Assembly (NCBI GenBank): GCA_963696135.1
Contig: CAVOJH010000019.1
Coordinates: 64,179-128,178, forward strand
Direction: 5' to 3'
Source: an uncultured Actinomycetota bacterium
GTDB taxonomy: Bacteria; Actinomycetota; Actinomycetes; Propionibacteriales; Propionibacteriaceae
DNA: 64,000 nucleotides
A program made the position numbers and the translations under genes. This document shows positions 40,918 through 50,812 of this stretch, piece by piece. Below the pieces are notes generated by a model. That model saw nothing but the letters and a program-made list of their open reading frames with translations. It had not been told where the DNA came from and did not search any database. The number at the start of each line of letters is the position of its first letter. The first letter of the stretch is position 1.

Positions 40918-42123
40918 ATGACGAGCAACACGTCCATTCCGGCTCGAAGCACCCTTGGTGGCTTCAGTCCCGCGAGCCGGGTGCTGCTGACTCTCGCGGC
41001 AGCCGCGATCACGATCGCGGGTCTGCACCTGGCCCGCGCCCCGATCGGCACCTTGGCCATCGCGGCGCTGGTCGTGATGGTGGCCCATCCCGTCCGCCAC
41101 CGGCTGGAGCGGCGCAAGGTGCCGTCGCCGGTGGCGACTGCGGCGGTGATCGCCGTGGCGTACCTGATCCTGCTGATCATGGGTCTGCTGCTGGTCATCG
41201 CCGTATCCCAGTTCGTCGGGCTGCTGCCGCAGTACGCCTCCCAGTTCGCCGCCCTGGAGAGTCAGCTGGTCGGGGTCGTCTCCCAGCTCGGTGTGAGCAC
41301 CTCCGACGCGCAGTCCATGATCTCCTCGGTCAGCCCGGCGAAGCTGCTCGAGCTCGCGGGTGCGGTGAGCAACGCGGTCCTCGGTGCCGCCTCGGCGTTC
41401 TTCTTCGTCCTCGCCTACATCGTCTTCATGGCGGCCGACGCCGGCGGTTTCGGCGGCCTGGTCCATCGTTTCGCCGACAGCAAGGCCGGTCTGATCGAGG
41501 TGTTCAACCGCTATTCGCAGGCGGTCCGCAAGTACCTGACGGTGAACACCATCTTCGGTGCGATCGTGGCCGTGCTCGACGGCATCGTCCTGGTCATCAT
41601 CGGGCTGCCGGCACCGATGCTGTGGGTGATCCTGGCCTTCGTCACCAACTACATCCCCAACATCGGCTTCGTGATCGCGCTCATTCCGCCGGCCATCCTC
41701 GCCCTGCTCACCGGTGGCTGGGGCGCTTGCCTGGCCGTGGTCATCGCCTACTGCGTGATCAACCTGACGATGCAGACGTTCATCCAGCCGAAGTTCGTCA
41801 GTGACGCCGTCCGGCTCAGCCTGACGCTGACCTTCTTCTCCGTGGTGTTCTGGGCCCTCGTCCTCGGCCCCATCGGGGCGGTCCTCGCCATCCCGGCCAC
41901 GCTGCTCGTCCGGGCCCTGCTGCTGGACGCCGATCCCGACGCCTTCTGGGCGCGGTCCCTGTCCGGCGACCCAGCCGACCCACCTTCCTCGGCGGCATCC
42001 CCACTGGCGTCATCCCCATCGGCGGAGTCCACTCCCCCGGCGGAGCTCGGGACGGCGGAGCCGGAGGGGTCACCGCCACCGGTCAGTGACACCCCGGAGC
42101 CCAAGCGAGCCGCCCCCGCGTGA
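40918..42123 (+). CDS. AI-2E family transporter (PerM-like permease)
   Basis: Eight or so TM segments with 'FVTNYIPNIGFVIALIPPAILALL', plus a Pro/Ser-rich C-terminal tail. Confidence 0.85.
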   Translation: MTSNTSIPARSTLGGFSPASRVLLTLAAAAITIAGLHLARAPIGTLAIAALVVMVAHPVRHRLERRKVPSPVATAAVIAVAYLILLIMGLLLVIAVSQFVGLLPQYASQFAALESQLVGVVSQLGVSTSDAQSMISSVSPAKLLELAGAVSNAVLGAASAFFFVLAYIVFMAADAGGFGGLVHRFADSKAGLIEVFNRYSQAVRKYLTVNTIFGAIVAVLDGIVLVIIGLPAPMLWVILAFVTNYIPNIGFVIALIPPAILALLTGGWGACLAVVIAYCVINLTMQTFIQPKFVSDAVRLSLTLTFFSVVFWALVLGPIGAVLAIPATLLVRALLLDADPDAFWARSLSGDPADPPSSAASPLASSPSAESTPPAELGTAEPEGSPPPVSDTPEPKRAAPA

Positions 42124-42145
42124 TCCGCCCGCGTGATCTGGTCGG

Positions 42146-43684
42146 TCACTCGATCATCACCGGCGCATCGGGAGCGTGCTGCTGGGGCCCGGACCGCAGG
42201 CTCAACGCGATCACGGCTGCGAGCGCGGTGGTCGCGGCCGTGATCAGGAAGATGTCGGACAACGAGTCGGCGAAGATCTGCAGGTGGGTGCGCTGATAGA
42301 TCGCGTACTGCTGCAGGACGTGCAGGTGGTCGCCCGCGGACTGGGTGAGCAGGGCGGCCCGGCCGGCCGCCATCTGCGCCTGCTGGGACGTGGCCAGGGC
42401 GGTCAACGCCGCCAGGCCGAGGGCGGCGCTGACGCGCTGGGCGACGGTGTTGATCGCGCTACCGCTCGTGGTGAGGACTGTCGGCAGCGCCGAGATCCCG
42501 CCGGTCATCACCGCCATCATCGACAGCCCTACCCCCGCCGAGCGGATGCAGGTCCACAGCACGATCTCGCCCTTGGTGACGTCCGGGCTGATCCCGGTGA
42601 GCAGGAAGGAGCCGAACGAGGCGATCACGAGCCCGCTGAAGACCAGCCACCGTGGTCCGATGCGGTCGTACAGGCGACCGGCGATGGGCGTCAGGAAGCC
42701 CATCACCAAGGCCTGCGGCAAGATCACCAGGCCGGCTTCGAGGGCCGGGTACCCCAACGCCGTCTGCAGGAACAGCGGGATGTAGAAGAGGGTCGCGAAC
42801 AACCCGGTCATCATCACCGCCATCACGATCAGCGAGATGCTGTACGTCCGGAAGGCGAACACCCGCAGGTCGAGCAGCGGGTGATCGACCTCGAGCTCGA
42901 TCACCACGAACAGGGCCAGCGAGATGACACCGACGGCGAGCAGGATCAGCACCCGGTAGCTGGTCCAGCCCCAGGACCCGCCCTCGGAGAATGCCAGCAG
43001 CAGGGCCACCAGCCCGGTCGCGACGGTGACGAACCCCATGAGGTCGAACTTCTGCGTCACCTGCGGCGGGAACTTCGGCAGCGCGACGATCGCGGCGATC
43101 ACCCCGACGATGCCGATCGGCACGTTGATGTAGAAGACCAGCCGCCAGCTCAGGTACTCCACCAGGTAGCCACCCAGGGCCGGCCCGATGGCCGGGGCGA
43201 AGATGATGCCGAGGCCGTACATGCCCATCGCCGCGCCGATCTTCCTCCGGGGCACGATCATGTAGACCATCGTCAGGGTGACGGCGGGCAGCAGCCCGCC
43301 CGGAATGGCCTGCAGAATCCGGAAGGCGATCAGACTGTTCAGGCTCCAGGCCAGTCCGCACAACGCCGACCCGACCGCGAAGGCGGCCAGACCGACGGTG
43401 TAGACCCGGGCCAGGCCGAAGCGGTTGCCCAGCCAGGCACTGGTCGGGACCACGACGCCCAGGACCAGCGCGTACGCGGTGGAGATCCACTGCACGTCCT
43501 CGGTGCTGCCGCCCAGCTCGGTCTGGATGGTCGACACCGCGACGTTGACGATGCTGGTGTCCAGCACGGACATGAACATGCCGGCCACCAGCACTGCCAG
43601 CGGCACCACCCAGTGGGTCATCTCGGTCGGGGCCGCGGCGGGGGCGGTCGTGGCCCCGGGCGCGGTCGCGGCGGCAGTACTCAT
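42146..43684 (-). CDS. MFS drug-efflux transporter, DHA2 (EmrB/QacA) family
   Basis: 14-TMS architecture with 'MFMSVLDTSIVNVAV', 'WISTAYALVLGVVVPTSAWLGNRFG' and 'FRILQAIPGG'. Confidence 0.9.
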   Translation of the reverse strand: MSTAAATAPGATTAPAAAPTEMTHWVVPLAVLVAGMFMSVLDTSIVNVAVSTIQTELGGSTEDVQWISTAYALVLGVVVPTSAWLGNRFGLARVYTVGLAAFAVGSALCGLAWSLNSLIAFRILQAIPGGLLPAVTLTMVYMIVPRRKIGAAMGMYGLGIIFAPAIGPALGGYLVEYLSWRLVFYINVPIGIVGVIAAIVALPKFPPQVTQKFDLMGFVTVATGLVALLLAFSEGGSWGWTSYRVLILLAVGVISLALFVVIELEVDHPLLDLRVFAFRTYSISLIVMAVMMTGLFATLFYIPLFLQTALGYPALEAGLVILPQALVMGFLTPIAGRLYDRIGPRWLVFSGLVIASFGSFLLTGISPDVTKGEIVLWTCIRSAGVGLSMMAVMTGGISALPTVLTTSGSAINTVAQRVSAALGLAALTALATSQQAQMAAGRAALLTQSAGDHLHVLQQYAIYQRTHLQIFADSLSDIFLITAATTALAAVIALSLRSGPQQHAPDAPVMIE

Positions 43685-43688
43685 CGGG

Positions 43689-44549
43689 TCAGCCGCGGTG
43701 GATCTTGACCGTGACGTTCATCCCCGGGACCAGCGGCAGACCCTGCAGGTCGTCGATGGTGATCTTCACCGGGATGACCTGGGTGACCTTCTGGAAGTTG
43801 CCCGAGGTGTTGGACTGGGGAAACATCGAGAACACCCCGGCGGCGCCGGTCTTCACCTCCGCCACCTGTCCGGTGAGGTCGGTGCCGGGGAAGGCGTCCA
43901 CGGAGATCCGCACCGGCTCACCGGGATGGACGGCGTCGATCTCGGTCTCGTCGACCCGTGCGGTCACGAAGACACCGGAACCGTCGTACGCGATCGCCAG
44001 CTGGGTGCCGGCCGCCACGAACGAGCCGGGGACGGCGTCGTCGACGGCGATCGTGCCGTCCGCGGGCGCCCGCACCACCAGCTGCGGCTGGGAGTAGCCG
44101 TTCTGGATGGCGATCCGGCCGACGGGCTGGTAGCTCTTGACCTGGGTTCCCTGGGTGGCGTCCCAGTCGATCAGGGTGCCCGTCGCGGGCGCGTTGATCG
44201 AGATCTGGTTGCCGTCGATCTGGGCGTTGTCGGTGGTCACGTAGCTGCGGGCGTCGACCACGTAGGAGATGACGAAGGCCAGCGCGAGGATCAGCACCAG
44301 GCCACCGATGACGAACAGCCGGATCCTGGTCGCCTTCTTCAGCGGCCGCCGGCCGCTCGCCGGCTCGGCAGGGGACGTCTCCTCGCTCGCTGTCGTCTCG
44401 TCACTCGCCGGCGGTGGCGCCTCTGCGGTCGGCACCACCGAGCGCTCCACGGTCTCGTCGGCGGAGTCCCTCGTCCTCGTCTGCTCACTCATCGTCTCGA
44501 TCCCTTCGTCGCCGTCGGCGAGCTCAGTTGGCGCCTTCGGCGGGGTCAC
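43689..44549 (-). CDS. HlyD/EmrA-family membrane-fusion (adaptor) protein
   Basis: A single N-terminal TM, then 'VTTDNAQIDGNQISINAPATG' and 'VDETEIDAVHPGEPVRISVDAFPG'. The GTG at 44549 overlaps the upstream stop (GTGA). The gene ends 4 nt before the MFS start. Confidence 0.8.
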   Translation of the reverse strand: MTPPKAPTELADGDEGIETMSEQTRTRDSADETVERSVVPTAEAPPPASDETTASEETSPAEPASGRRPLKKATRIRLFVIGGLVLILALAFVISYVVDARSYVTTDNAQIDGNQISINAPATGTLIDWDATQGTQVKSYQPVGRIAIQNGYSQPQLVVRAPADGTIAVDDAVPGSFVAAGTQLAIAYDGSGVFVTARVDETEIDAVHPGEPVRISVDAFPGTDLTGQVAEVKTGAAGVFSMFPQSNTSGNFQKVTQVIPVKITIDDLQGLPLVPGMNVTVKIHRG

Positions 44550-46171
44550 TTGGCGCCGTCGGGCAGCACGACGTGCTGGCCCTCGGTCAGGCCGGAGAGC
44601 ACCTCGGTGCGGTCACTGCCCACGGCACCGGCCTCGAACGGCACGGTCTGCTGGGTTCCGTCGTCATTCAGCAGCACGACAGTGCTCGTTGTGCCCTGTT
44701 GGTGCACGGCGCTGTTCGGCACGCTGAGCACGTTGGCGCGCTGCTGGGTGATGACGGTGCCGCGGCCGGTCTGGCCGTCCTTCAGCTTGCTGTTCGGCTC
44801 GGCCAGACCGATGGTCGCGAGGTAGCTGACGGCGCCCGAGGTGACGGTGCTGGACGGTGCCACCGAGACGACCGTGCCGGCCAGCTCGGAGTCGGGGACA
44901 GCATCGGCTTGCACGGTGACCTTGAGTCCAGGCTTGATCGCGGCCGCGTCGGACTGCTCGAGCGGCAGCACCAGCTGCACCTTGTCGACGTCTGACAGCA
45001 CCATGAACTGGGTGCCGCCGGGCCGACTGGCACCGGTGGTGCCGGTGGCCGCGTTCGAGCCGGGGATGGCCGCTCTCGACCCGGGAGCCTGCGCGGTCGT
45101 GCCGGTGCTGGCCGTGACGTACTCACCCTTGCTGCCGTTGATCACGGTGATGGTGCCGTCGCTCGGGGCGACGAGCACGGTGTCGTCGACGGCTTTCTGC
45201 GCGGTGTCCACACCCGCCTGAGCGGCATCGACCAACGCCTGCTGCTGGTCGAGACTGTGAGGCCGGTCGGCCGAGCTCGAGCTCAGGCCGTTCCGAGCCG
45301 CGACGACCGCCTGCTCGGCGTTGGCGACCTGGAGCTTCCCCCCGGCCGCGTCGACCTTCTTCTTCTGCTGCGCGGCGACCACGGCTGTCTTGTCCGCCAC
45401 GACCCGCTGCTTGGCGCCGGTCACGGCCGCCTCGGCGGTGATCACCTGGGTGCAGGCGGTGGCCGATCCGGCGCTGGTCGTGGCGCCGAGCTGACTGTTC
45501 AGCTGGGCGAGCGTCTGAGCGGCCCCGGCGGTGTCACCGGCCTGGATCTGCTGCAGCGCCTGCTGGGCCAACGCGTCCGCGCCGCTGTCGGCCGCCGAGC
45601 TGGCGGCAGTGGCCGCCCGGCACGAGGCCTTCAGCGTCTTCAGGGCACTTTCGGCCTGGTCCTTCGCGTCCTCGTCGGTGCGGAGCTGGGCCTTGGCCCG
45701 CGAGATCGCCGCCTTGTCGGCCCTGGCGGTCGCGGCCGCCTGCTCCTCGGTGGCGCTGACCACGGTCTGTGCCTGGGCCACGGTGCTCTCGGCCCCGCTG
45801 ACCGTGGTGGCCGCAGCGAGCCGGTCCAGACCCGCCTGCTGGGCGCTCAGGTTCGCCTCGGCCTGTTCCAGTGCGTGCTTGGCCTGCCGGCTGTCGATCT
45901 TGGCCAGCACGTCACCGGTCTCGACGTGGTCGCCCACCTTGACCTTGACCGAGGTGAGCTTGCCACCGGTGGCGAAGCCGAGGTTCTCGCTCGTGACGGC
46001 GGCGAAGGAGCCGTTCGCAGACACTCCCGCGGTGACGTCGGCCCGGCTCACCAGCGCCGTCCGAGCCGTGGCTGTGGTCGGCGACCCCGAGCACGCGGCC
46101 AGGACGACGAGCAGGACGACGGGACCGACGACAGCGGCGCAGCGGCGCGTCAGAGCACCTGGATGCGACAT
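44546..46171 (-). CDS. Lipoprotein efflux adaptor (MacA/HlyD_D23-like) with very long coiled-coil hairpin
   Basis: Lipobox 'VVLAAC', lipoyl-like 'VKVKVGDHVETGDVLAKID', about 200 aa of Ala/Gln-rich heptad-like sequence, a second half-lipoyl 'VLVAPSDGTITVING', then beta-barrel and membrane-proximal domains. AGGAG precedes the ATG at 46171. Confidence 0.7.
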   Translation of the reverse strand: MSHPGALTRRCAAVVGPVVLLVVLAACSGSPTTATARTALVSRADVTAGVSANGSFAAVTSENLGFATGGKLTSVKVKVGDHVETGDVLAKIDSRQAKHALEQAEANLSAQQAGLDRLAAATTVSGAESTVAQAQTVVSATEEQAAATARADKAAISRAKAQLRTDEDAKDQAESALKTLKASCRAATAASSAADSGADALAQQALQQIQAGDTAGAAQTLAQLNSQLGATTSAGSATACTQVITAEAAVTGAKQRVVADKTAVVAAQQKKKVDAAGGKLQVANAEQAVVAARNGLSSSSADRPHSLDQQQALVDAAQAGVDTAQKAVDDTVLVAPSDGTITVINGSKGEYVTASTGTTAQAPGSRAAIPGSNAATGTTGASRPGGTQFMVLSDVDKVQLVLPLEQSDAAAIKPGLKVTVQADAVPDSELAGTVVSVAPSSTVTSGAVSYLATIGLAEPNSKLKDGQTGRGTVITQQRANVLSVPNSAVHQQGTTSTVVLLNDDGTQQTVPFEAGAVGSDRTEVLSGLTEGQHVVLPDGAK

Positions 46172-46232
46172 CAACACTCCTAAAAAGAATGATCGTTCGG
46201 TATGAGCATAGTCAGACGATAGAGTTCTTGTC
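46172..46232. promoter_or_regulatory. Divergent promoter/candidate TetR operator
   Basis: A 61-bp AT-richer gap between the efflux operon and the TetR gene. It contains an imperfect inverted repeat, AAGAATGATCGT ... ACGATAGAGTTCTT. Confidence 0.3.
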
Positions 46233-46841
46233 GTGCCGAGAGTCACTGACGCTCATCGACAGGCCCGTCGGGAGCAGATCGCCGAAGCAGCCGTCCGGGT
46301 GCTGATGCGCAACGGGATCTCCGACACCTCGATCGCCCAGATCTCGGCCGAGTGCCGGCTGTCGATCGGAGCGATCTACGCGAACTTCGAGAACAAGGCC
46401 GACCTCGCCCGCTTCGTCGCCACCCGGTTGTTCGACTGGCGGATCACCGAGCTGGAGTCCCGCACCGACGGCGGAGCGGTGCTGACACCCGTCGAGCTGC
46501 TGGCGGTGCTGCTGACGTCACTCTCGGACGCGAACCGGCCGGCCCCGTCGGTGATCCTGCAGTTCTGGAGCAAGGCGAGTGTCGACGCCGACCTGCGCGA
46601 GGTGCTCGCTGAGCAGGTCGGTCGGCTGTGCGCCAGCGTCGAGCGCGCCCTGCGGCCGTGGGCGGACGCCCAGACGGACGGGGCGGGTGAAGAGCTGGCG
46701 CTCCGTACGGCGCAGGCCTGCATGATCATGAGTCAGGGTTTCCTGGCCAACCGGTGCCTGTTCGGCTGGCTGGACGCCGAGGACTTCCTGGCCACCGCGA
46801 CCCATGCACTCGGCCCGGTGGACGCCGCCGATCTCCGCTGA
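46233..46841 (+). CDS. TetR-family transcriptional regulator
   Basis: HTH 'ISDTSIAQISAECRLSIGAIYANFENKADL'. GTG start. It is divergent from the efflux operon. Confidence 0.85.
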   Translation: MPRVTDAHRQARREQIAEAAVRVLMRNGISDTSIAQISAECRLSIGAIYANFENKADLARFVATRLFDWRITELESRTDGGAVLTPVELLAVLLTSLSDANRPAPSVILQFWSKASVDADLREVLAEQVGRLCASVERALRPWADAQTDGAGEELALRTAQACMIMSQGFLANRCLFGWLDAEDFLATATHALGPVDAADLR

Positions 46842-46862
46842 CGCACTCCTGCTCCAGTGCGT
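46841..46862. terminator. Hairpin between convergent genes (candidate terminator)
   Basis: ACGCACT-8 nt-AGTGCGT forms a 7-bp stem that starts at the last base of the TetR stop codon. Confidence 0.35.
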
Positions 46863-46902
46863 CACGCAGGTGCTGCGGCACGTGCGGGCACCGAGGAGCG
46901 GG

Positions 46903-47649
46903 TCAGCGTGTTCGGGCGGCGATCCAGTCGGCGAAGGTCTGCCGGCCGAGGACCGCCTCGGCACTCGGCAGCAGCGTCCCGTCCCGCTGGGCGCGGCCGA
47001 ACGCGCCGGGCAGCGACACGGCCGGGGTCCAGGACCGCGAGCCTGTGGTCAGCGCGTACGCCCGGATCATCGCGACCAGAGACTCCTCGCGAGGTCCAGC
47101 GAGCTCGATCGTCCGTCCGGCCGGCGCCGCCTCGGCCAGGTCGACCAGGTGCTCGGCAGTCTCACGGGCCGCCACGGGTTGGGTCCGCATCCTCGGCGCC
47201 AGGTGGAGCGGACCGAGCCGTGCGCTCTCGTACGCGATCGCGGCCATCTCGTGGAACTGCGTGGCCCGCAGGATCGTCCAGGGCACGGGGCCGGCCTCGA
47301 GCAGCCGTTCCTGCGCACGCTTGCCGGCGTAGTAGCCGTACGGTGCGCGGTCCACACCGACGATGGAGAGGGCGACGTGATGGCCCACCCCGGTGGTGTG
47401 CTCGGCCGCCAGCAGGTTCGAGGTCACGGCGGAGAAGAACCTGCTGCTCCGTCTCGCGGACACGGTCACCACGTTGGTCACGTCGATGACCGCGGCCACG
47501 CCGTCGAGGGCCGCGGTGACGCCGTGACCGGTCTCCAGATCGGTCCCCCGTCCGCGCGCCAGCACGACGACCTGGTGGCCGGCGGCCTCGGCCAGCTCGA
47601 CCACCATGGTCCCGACCAGGCCGGTCCCGCCGGCGATCGCGATCTTCAT
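46903..47649 (-). CDS. NmrA-like/atypical SDR NAD(P)H-binding protein
   Basis: 'MKIAIAGGTGLVGTMVV' Rossmann motif, about 248 aa. The start overlaps the upstream stop (ATGA). Confidence 0.8.
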   Translation of the reverse strand: MKIAIAGGTGLVGTMVVELAEAAGHQVVVLARGRGTDLETGHGVTAALDGVAAVIDVTNVVTVSARRSSRFFSAVTSNLLAAEHTTGVGHHVALSIVGVDRAPYGYYAGKRAQERLLEAGPVPWTILRATQFHEMAAIAYESARLGPLHLAPRMRTQPVAARETAEHLVDLAEAAPAGRTIELAGPREESLVAMIRAYALTTGSRSWTPAVSLPGAFGRAQRDGTLLPSAEAVLGRQTFADWIAARTR

Positions 47650-48092
47650 CGACCTGCCCCTTCCCGGGTCGCGTCCACCGATCGGCCCCGGTCCGACGGT
47701 CCCGGCAGCAGCAGCACCATCCCGAGGATCAGGCTGCCACCGAGGGTGATCGCGTTCCCGATCGCGTCGATCAGGGACAGCTGGCCGAACTGGCTCGCGT
47801 GGTAGATCAGGTGCGGCAACCCGAACACCACCCAGGCCACCCCGATCACCCGGCCGGCGTCAGGAGAACGCGAGCAGGTGGCCGCGGCGCTGGCGACGGC
47901 GAGACCGAGGTAGAGCCCGCCGACATCGCGGATCAGGTGCTCGTTGAAGGGACCGTCGACAGCGATCCAGATCCGGCCGAGGCCTGGGAAGCTGTCGTAG
48001 AAGGACGCGGGCCAGAAGCTGGCCCACAGTCCGACGTAGGCGCCGATGGCGGCCGTGACCCCCAGCACGAGCCGTCGACGTGTCATGCTCAT
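47646..48092 (-). CDS. Hypothetical integral membrane protein
   Basis: Four predicted TM helices. It is translationally coupled to the NmrA-like gene. I recognise no family. The start at 48092 is inferred. Confidence 0.5.
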   Translation of the reverse strand: MSMTRRRLVLGVTAAIGAYVGLWASFWPASFYDSFPGLGRIWIAVDGPFNEHLIRDVGGLYLGLAVASAAATCSRSPDAGRVIGVAWVVFGLPHLIYHASQFGQLSLIDAIGNAITLGGSLILGMVLLLPGPSDRGRSVDATREGAGR

Positions 48093-48184
48093 GATCACTC
48101 GACACCGCCGCCTGCCCATCTGTGAGGTGGATCGAGTGCGACGTCGGTCACATCCGAGAACCGGACCTCACCTCAGGGCGCCGG

Positions 48185-50047
48185 TCAGCGCAGCCGCAGC
48201 GTGTAGCGGAACGGGACCAGACCCGTCAGGTAGACCCGCTGCCCGCTCGGCGTCAGGTTGCCGCCCAGGTAGGTGTACTTCTCGCCGGCGTCCATCGCGA
48301 TCGGTTGCTTGATCCCGCTCCCCGTACCGGGTCCGAAGGTGATCGTGTCGCCACCGACCGTGTAGCTGCCCTCCCCCTCGACCAGCTGGAAGTTGCCGTC
48401 GCCGCCGGCGGGCACGACTCCGGCGAGGGTGCCACCAGAGCGGAAGCAGAGCTCGATGGTGAGCGAGGTGGGCGGTCCGTCGAGATCGAAGGCGAGATCG
48501 AAGCCGCCGTTGCCGACCTCGGTGATCAGGACCCTCGTGGTCAGCACCTTCTCGTCCTTCGGCCGGTGCGGGAAGTCCATCTTGGAGTAGAAACGCCCCT
48601 CCGAGCCCAGCACGTACGCGCCGTCCGAGCGCCGCCGCCGTTGCGGCAGCGGCAGGTGGTACGCGACCGCCACCTCATCCGCCAACCGCCAGCCACCGCG
48701 CGAGGCCGTCACCCCGTCGCTGCGGAAGTGGCCGGTGCTGAAGAAGCGCGGGGACAGCCGGACGGAGTCCAGGATCGCAGCCCCCTTGCGCAGCTTGAAG
48801 AACGTCGGGTTGGTCGACAGGCCCGAGGCGATCTCCCGGATGCTGGTGGACTGGCCTTCGGAGTCGACCCGCTTGTCGTGCCAGTCGGTCCCACCGAAGA
48901 TCACGGCGGTGGTCGAGCCGCGGCGCAGACTCACCAGCTGCGATCCCTTGCTCGTCTTCGTGTACGTGGTCGGCACCGGCTTCGTGGGGGGCAGCGCCGC
49001 GGTGATGTCGGGATAGGCCAGTGCCTCGGCCAGGAACTCACCCACGGAGTAGCCGCTGGTGGCGAAGTCCGCCGGGTTCGCGGCGACCCGATCCAGGATC
49101 TGCGCGGCCACCGCGGCGAACTGCCCGTCGCGGTCGCGGATGGCGAGCTCGCGGTAGTGGGTCAGGTACTTCCAGACGTCCTGGACCCCGGTCTGATCCT
49201 GTCGCCGGGACTGGACGGTCTCGATCTCACCGTTCGGCTGGATCCGGTAGAGAGTCAGCTGGAGGTTGCGGCGGACGTTGCTCCGCAGCGTCGGCAGGGC
49301 CGCGTACCTGGCGATGGTGAGCAGGGACTTGTTGGTCACCTCGGAGGCGTAGTTGGGACTGCGTTCGCTGTACTCACCCTCGGGGTCCTGATCGATGCCT
49401 TCCCCCAGCCAGTCGTTGATCCGGGCCTTCAGCAGCCGGCTCGGCCACAGGTGGTTCAGGTGCGCAAGCGCCTTGCAGATCTCCCAACGGTGGTTGGGAG
49501 TGTGCACGCCGCCCTCCGCCAGGGCCGTGCCGGACTTCCGCAAGATCGCCGCGTAGCGCGCGCGGATCGCTGCCGTGGCCGGCTGGTCGTCGTCGGCCAG
49601 CAGCACGTAGCTCAGACCCAGGTCGGCGATCACGAACGAGGTGTCGGGTGGGCTGTCGAGGTTCCCGATGTCGTACAGACCGCTGGGGTTCTGGCGCTCA
49701 GCGAGCGCCCGCAGCAGAGTGGCGATGGGACCGAGCAGGGCCGCGGCATGGTGGTTCGCGCCGCGCGGGTTCACGTACGCGCTCACCAGCCGCATGGCGC
49801 TCTGGGCCAGGGCACGCGGGCTGGCGAGGGAATCGATCTGCGCCTGGTAGCCGGTCAGCGTGGTCGGCACCTGGAGGTTGTTGACCGTGGTCAGCGTGTC
49901 GAGGAAGCGATCGTCCACCACGGCCGGAGGACGCTTGTCCGGATCCCGTTTCGGCTCCGCGTGGGCCCAGTTGTCTTCCAGCACGGTGCTGGCGGCGACG
50001 GCGGCCGAAGCCACCCCCACGGTCGCGATGAAGTGACGACGGTCCAT
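48185..50047 (-). CDS. Tat-signal exported protein of unknown function (620 aa)
   Basis: GAAGGAG precedes the ATG at 50047. Twin-arginine signal 'MDRRHFIATVGVASAAVAA'. The N-terminal half is helix-rich ('GGVHTPNHRWEICKALAHL') and the C-terminal half is beta-rich. A polysaccharide-lyase-like architecture is only a guess. Confidence 0.6.
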   Translation of the reverse strand: MDRRHFIATVGVASAAVAASTVLEDNWAHAEPKRDPDKRPPAVVDDRFLDTLTTVNNLQVPTTLTGYQAQIDSLASPRALAQSAMRLVSAYVNPRGANHHAAALLGPIATLLRALAERQNPSGLYDIGNLDSPPDTSFVIADLGLSYVLLADDDQPATAAIRARYAAILRKSGTALAEGGVHTPNHRWEICKALAHLNHLWPSRLLKARINDWLGEGIDQDPEGEYSERSPNYASEVTNKSLLTIARYAALPTLRSNVRRNLQLTLYRIQPNGEIETVQSRRQDQTGVQDVWKYLTHYRELAIRDRDGQFAAVAAQILDRVAANPADFATSGYSVGEFLAEALAYPDITAALPPTKPVPTTYTKTSKGSQLVSLRRGSTTAVIFGGTDWHDKRVDSEGQSTSIREIASGLSTNPTFFKLRKGAAILDSVRLSPRFFSTGHFRSDGVTASRGGWRLADEVAVAYHLPLPQRRRRSDGAYVLGSEGRFYSKMDFPHRPKDEKVLTTRVLITEVGNGGFDLAFDLDGPPTSLTIELCFRSGGTLAGVVPAGGDGNFQLVEGEGSYTVGGDTITFGPGTGSGIKQPIAMDAGEKYTYLGGNLTPSGQRVYLTGLVPFRYTLRLR

Positions 50048-50175
50048 CCGGAGCTCCTTCGAGTGGGCACACGATCACGACGTGACCCCCCGCGGAGCCG
50101 AACGAACCCGTCCGTCGGCGTCAGCGTAACCGATTGCGCTCCCCCCGCTCAGCATTTCGGCGCCGTGTGCAGCGG

Positions 50176-50664
50176 CTAGTCGCTCGGCAGCCACTCCTCG
50201 ATGGCCGCGACCACGACCGGATCCTGTGGCTCGGTGCGCGGACGGAACCGTTTGACCTCGCCGTTCGGGCTGACCAGGAACTTCTCGAAGTTCCAGGCGA
50301 CCCGGCCCGCCTTGCCGTCGGCGTCGGGTGTCTCCTTCAGCTCCTTGTACAGCGGGTGCGCCTTCTTGCCGTTGACGCGCACCTTCTCCGACATCGGGAA
50401 GGTGACGCCCCAGGTGAGCGAGCAGTACTCGGCGATGTCGGCCTCCGAACCGAGCTCCTGCAGGAACTGGTTGCTCGGGAAGCCGAGCACGGTGAAACCA
50501 CGCTCGCCGTACGTCTTCTGCAGGTTCTCCAGCTGTTCGTACTGCGGGCTGAGACCGCAGCGGGACGCGACGTTCACCACCAGGGCGAGCCGCCCCTCGC
50601 TCAACGCCCCGAAGGTCGTGTCGTCACCGGTGAGCGTGGTGACGGGGATGTCGGCCAGTTCCAT
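50176..50664 (-). CDS. Glutathione peroxidase (Cys-type)
   Basis: 'VVNVASRCGLSPQY', 'LGFPSNQF' and 'WNFEKFLV' signatures. Confidence 0.9.
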   Translation of the reverse strand: MELADIPVTTLTGDDTTFGALSEGRLALVVNVASRCGLSPQYEQLENLQKTYGERGFTVLGFPSNQFLQELGSEADIAEYCSLTWGVTFPMSEKVRVNGKKAHPLYKELKETPDADGKAGRVAWNFEKFLVSPNGEVKRFRPRTEPQDPVVVAAIEEWLPSD

Positions 50665-50812
50665 GAGTGCTTCCTTCTCTGTCGGATGTTCACCTCCACC
50701 GTAGGCGCGGACCCGCAGGGCGAGGACCGGGTGCCCTGGTGGGCTGGACGTGATCCGTTCGATGGATTTGTGAGAACGTTAACCTGACCAGCGACGAAAG
50801 GGACGACCACAG

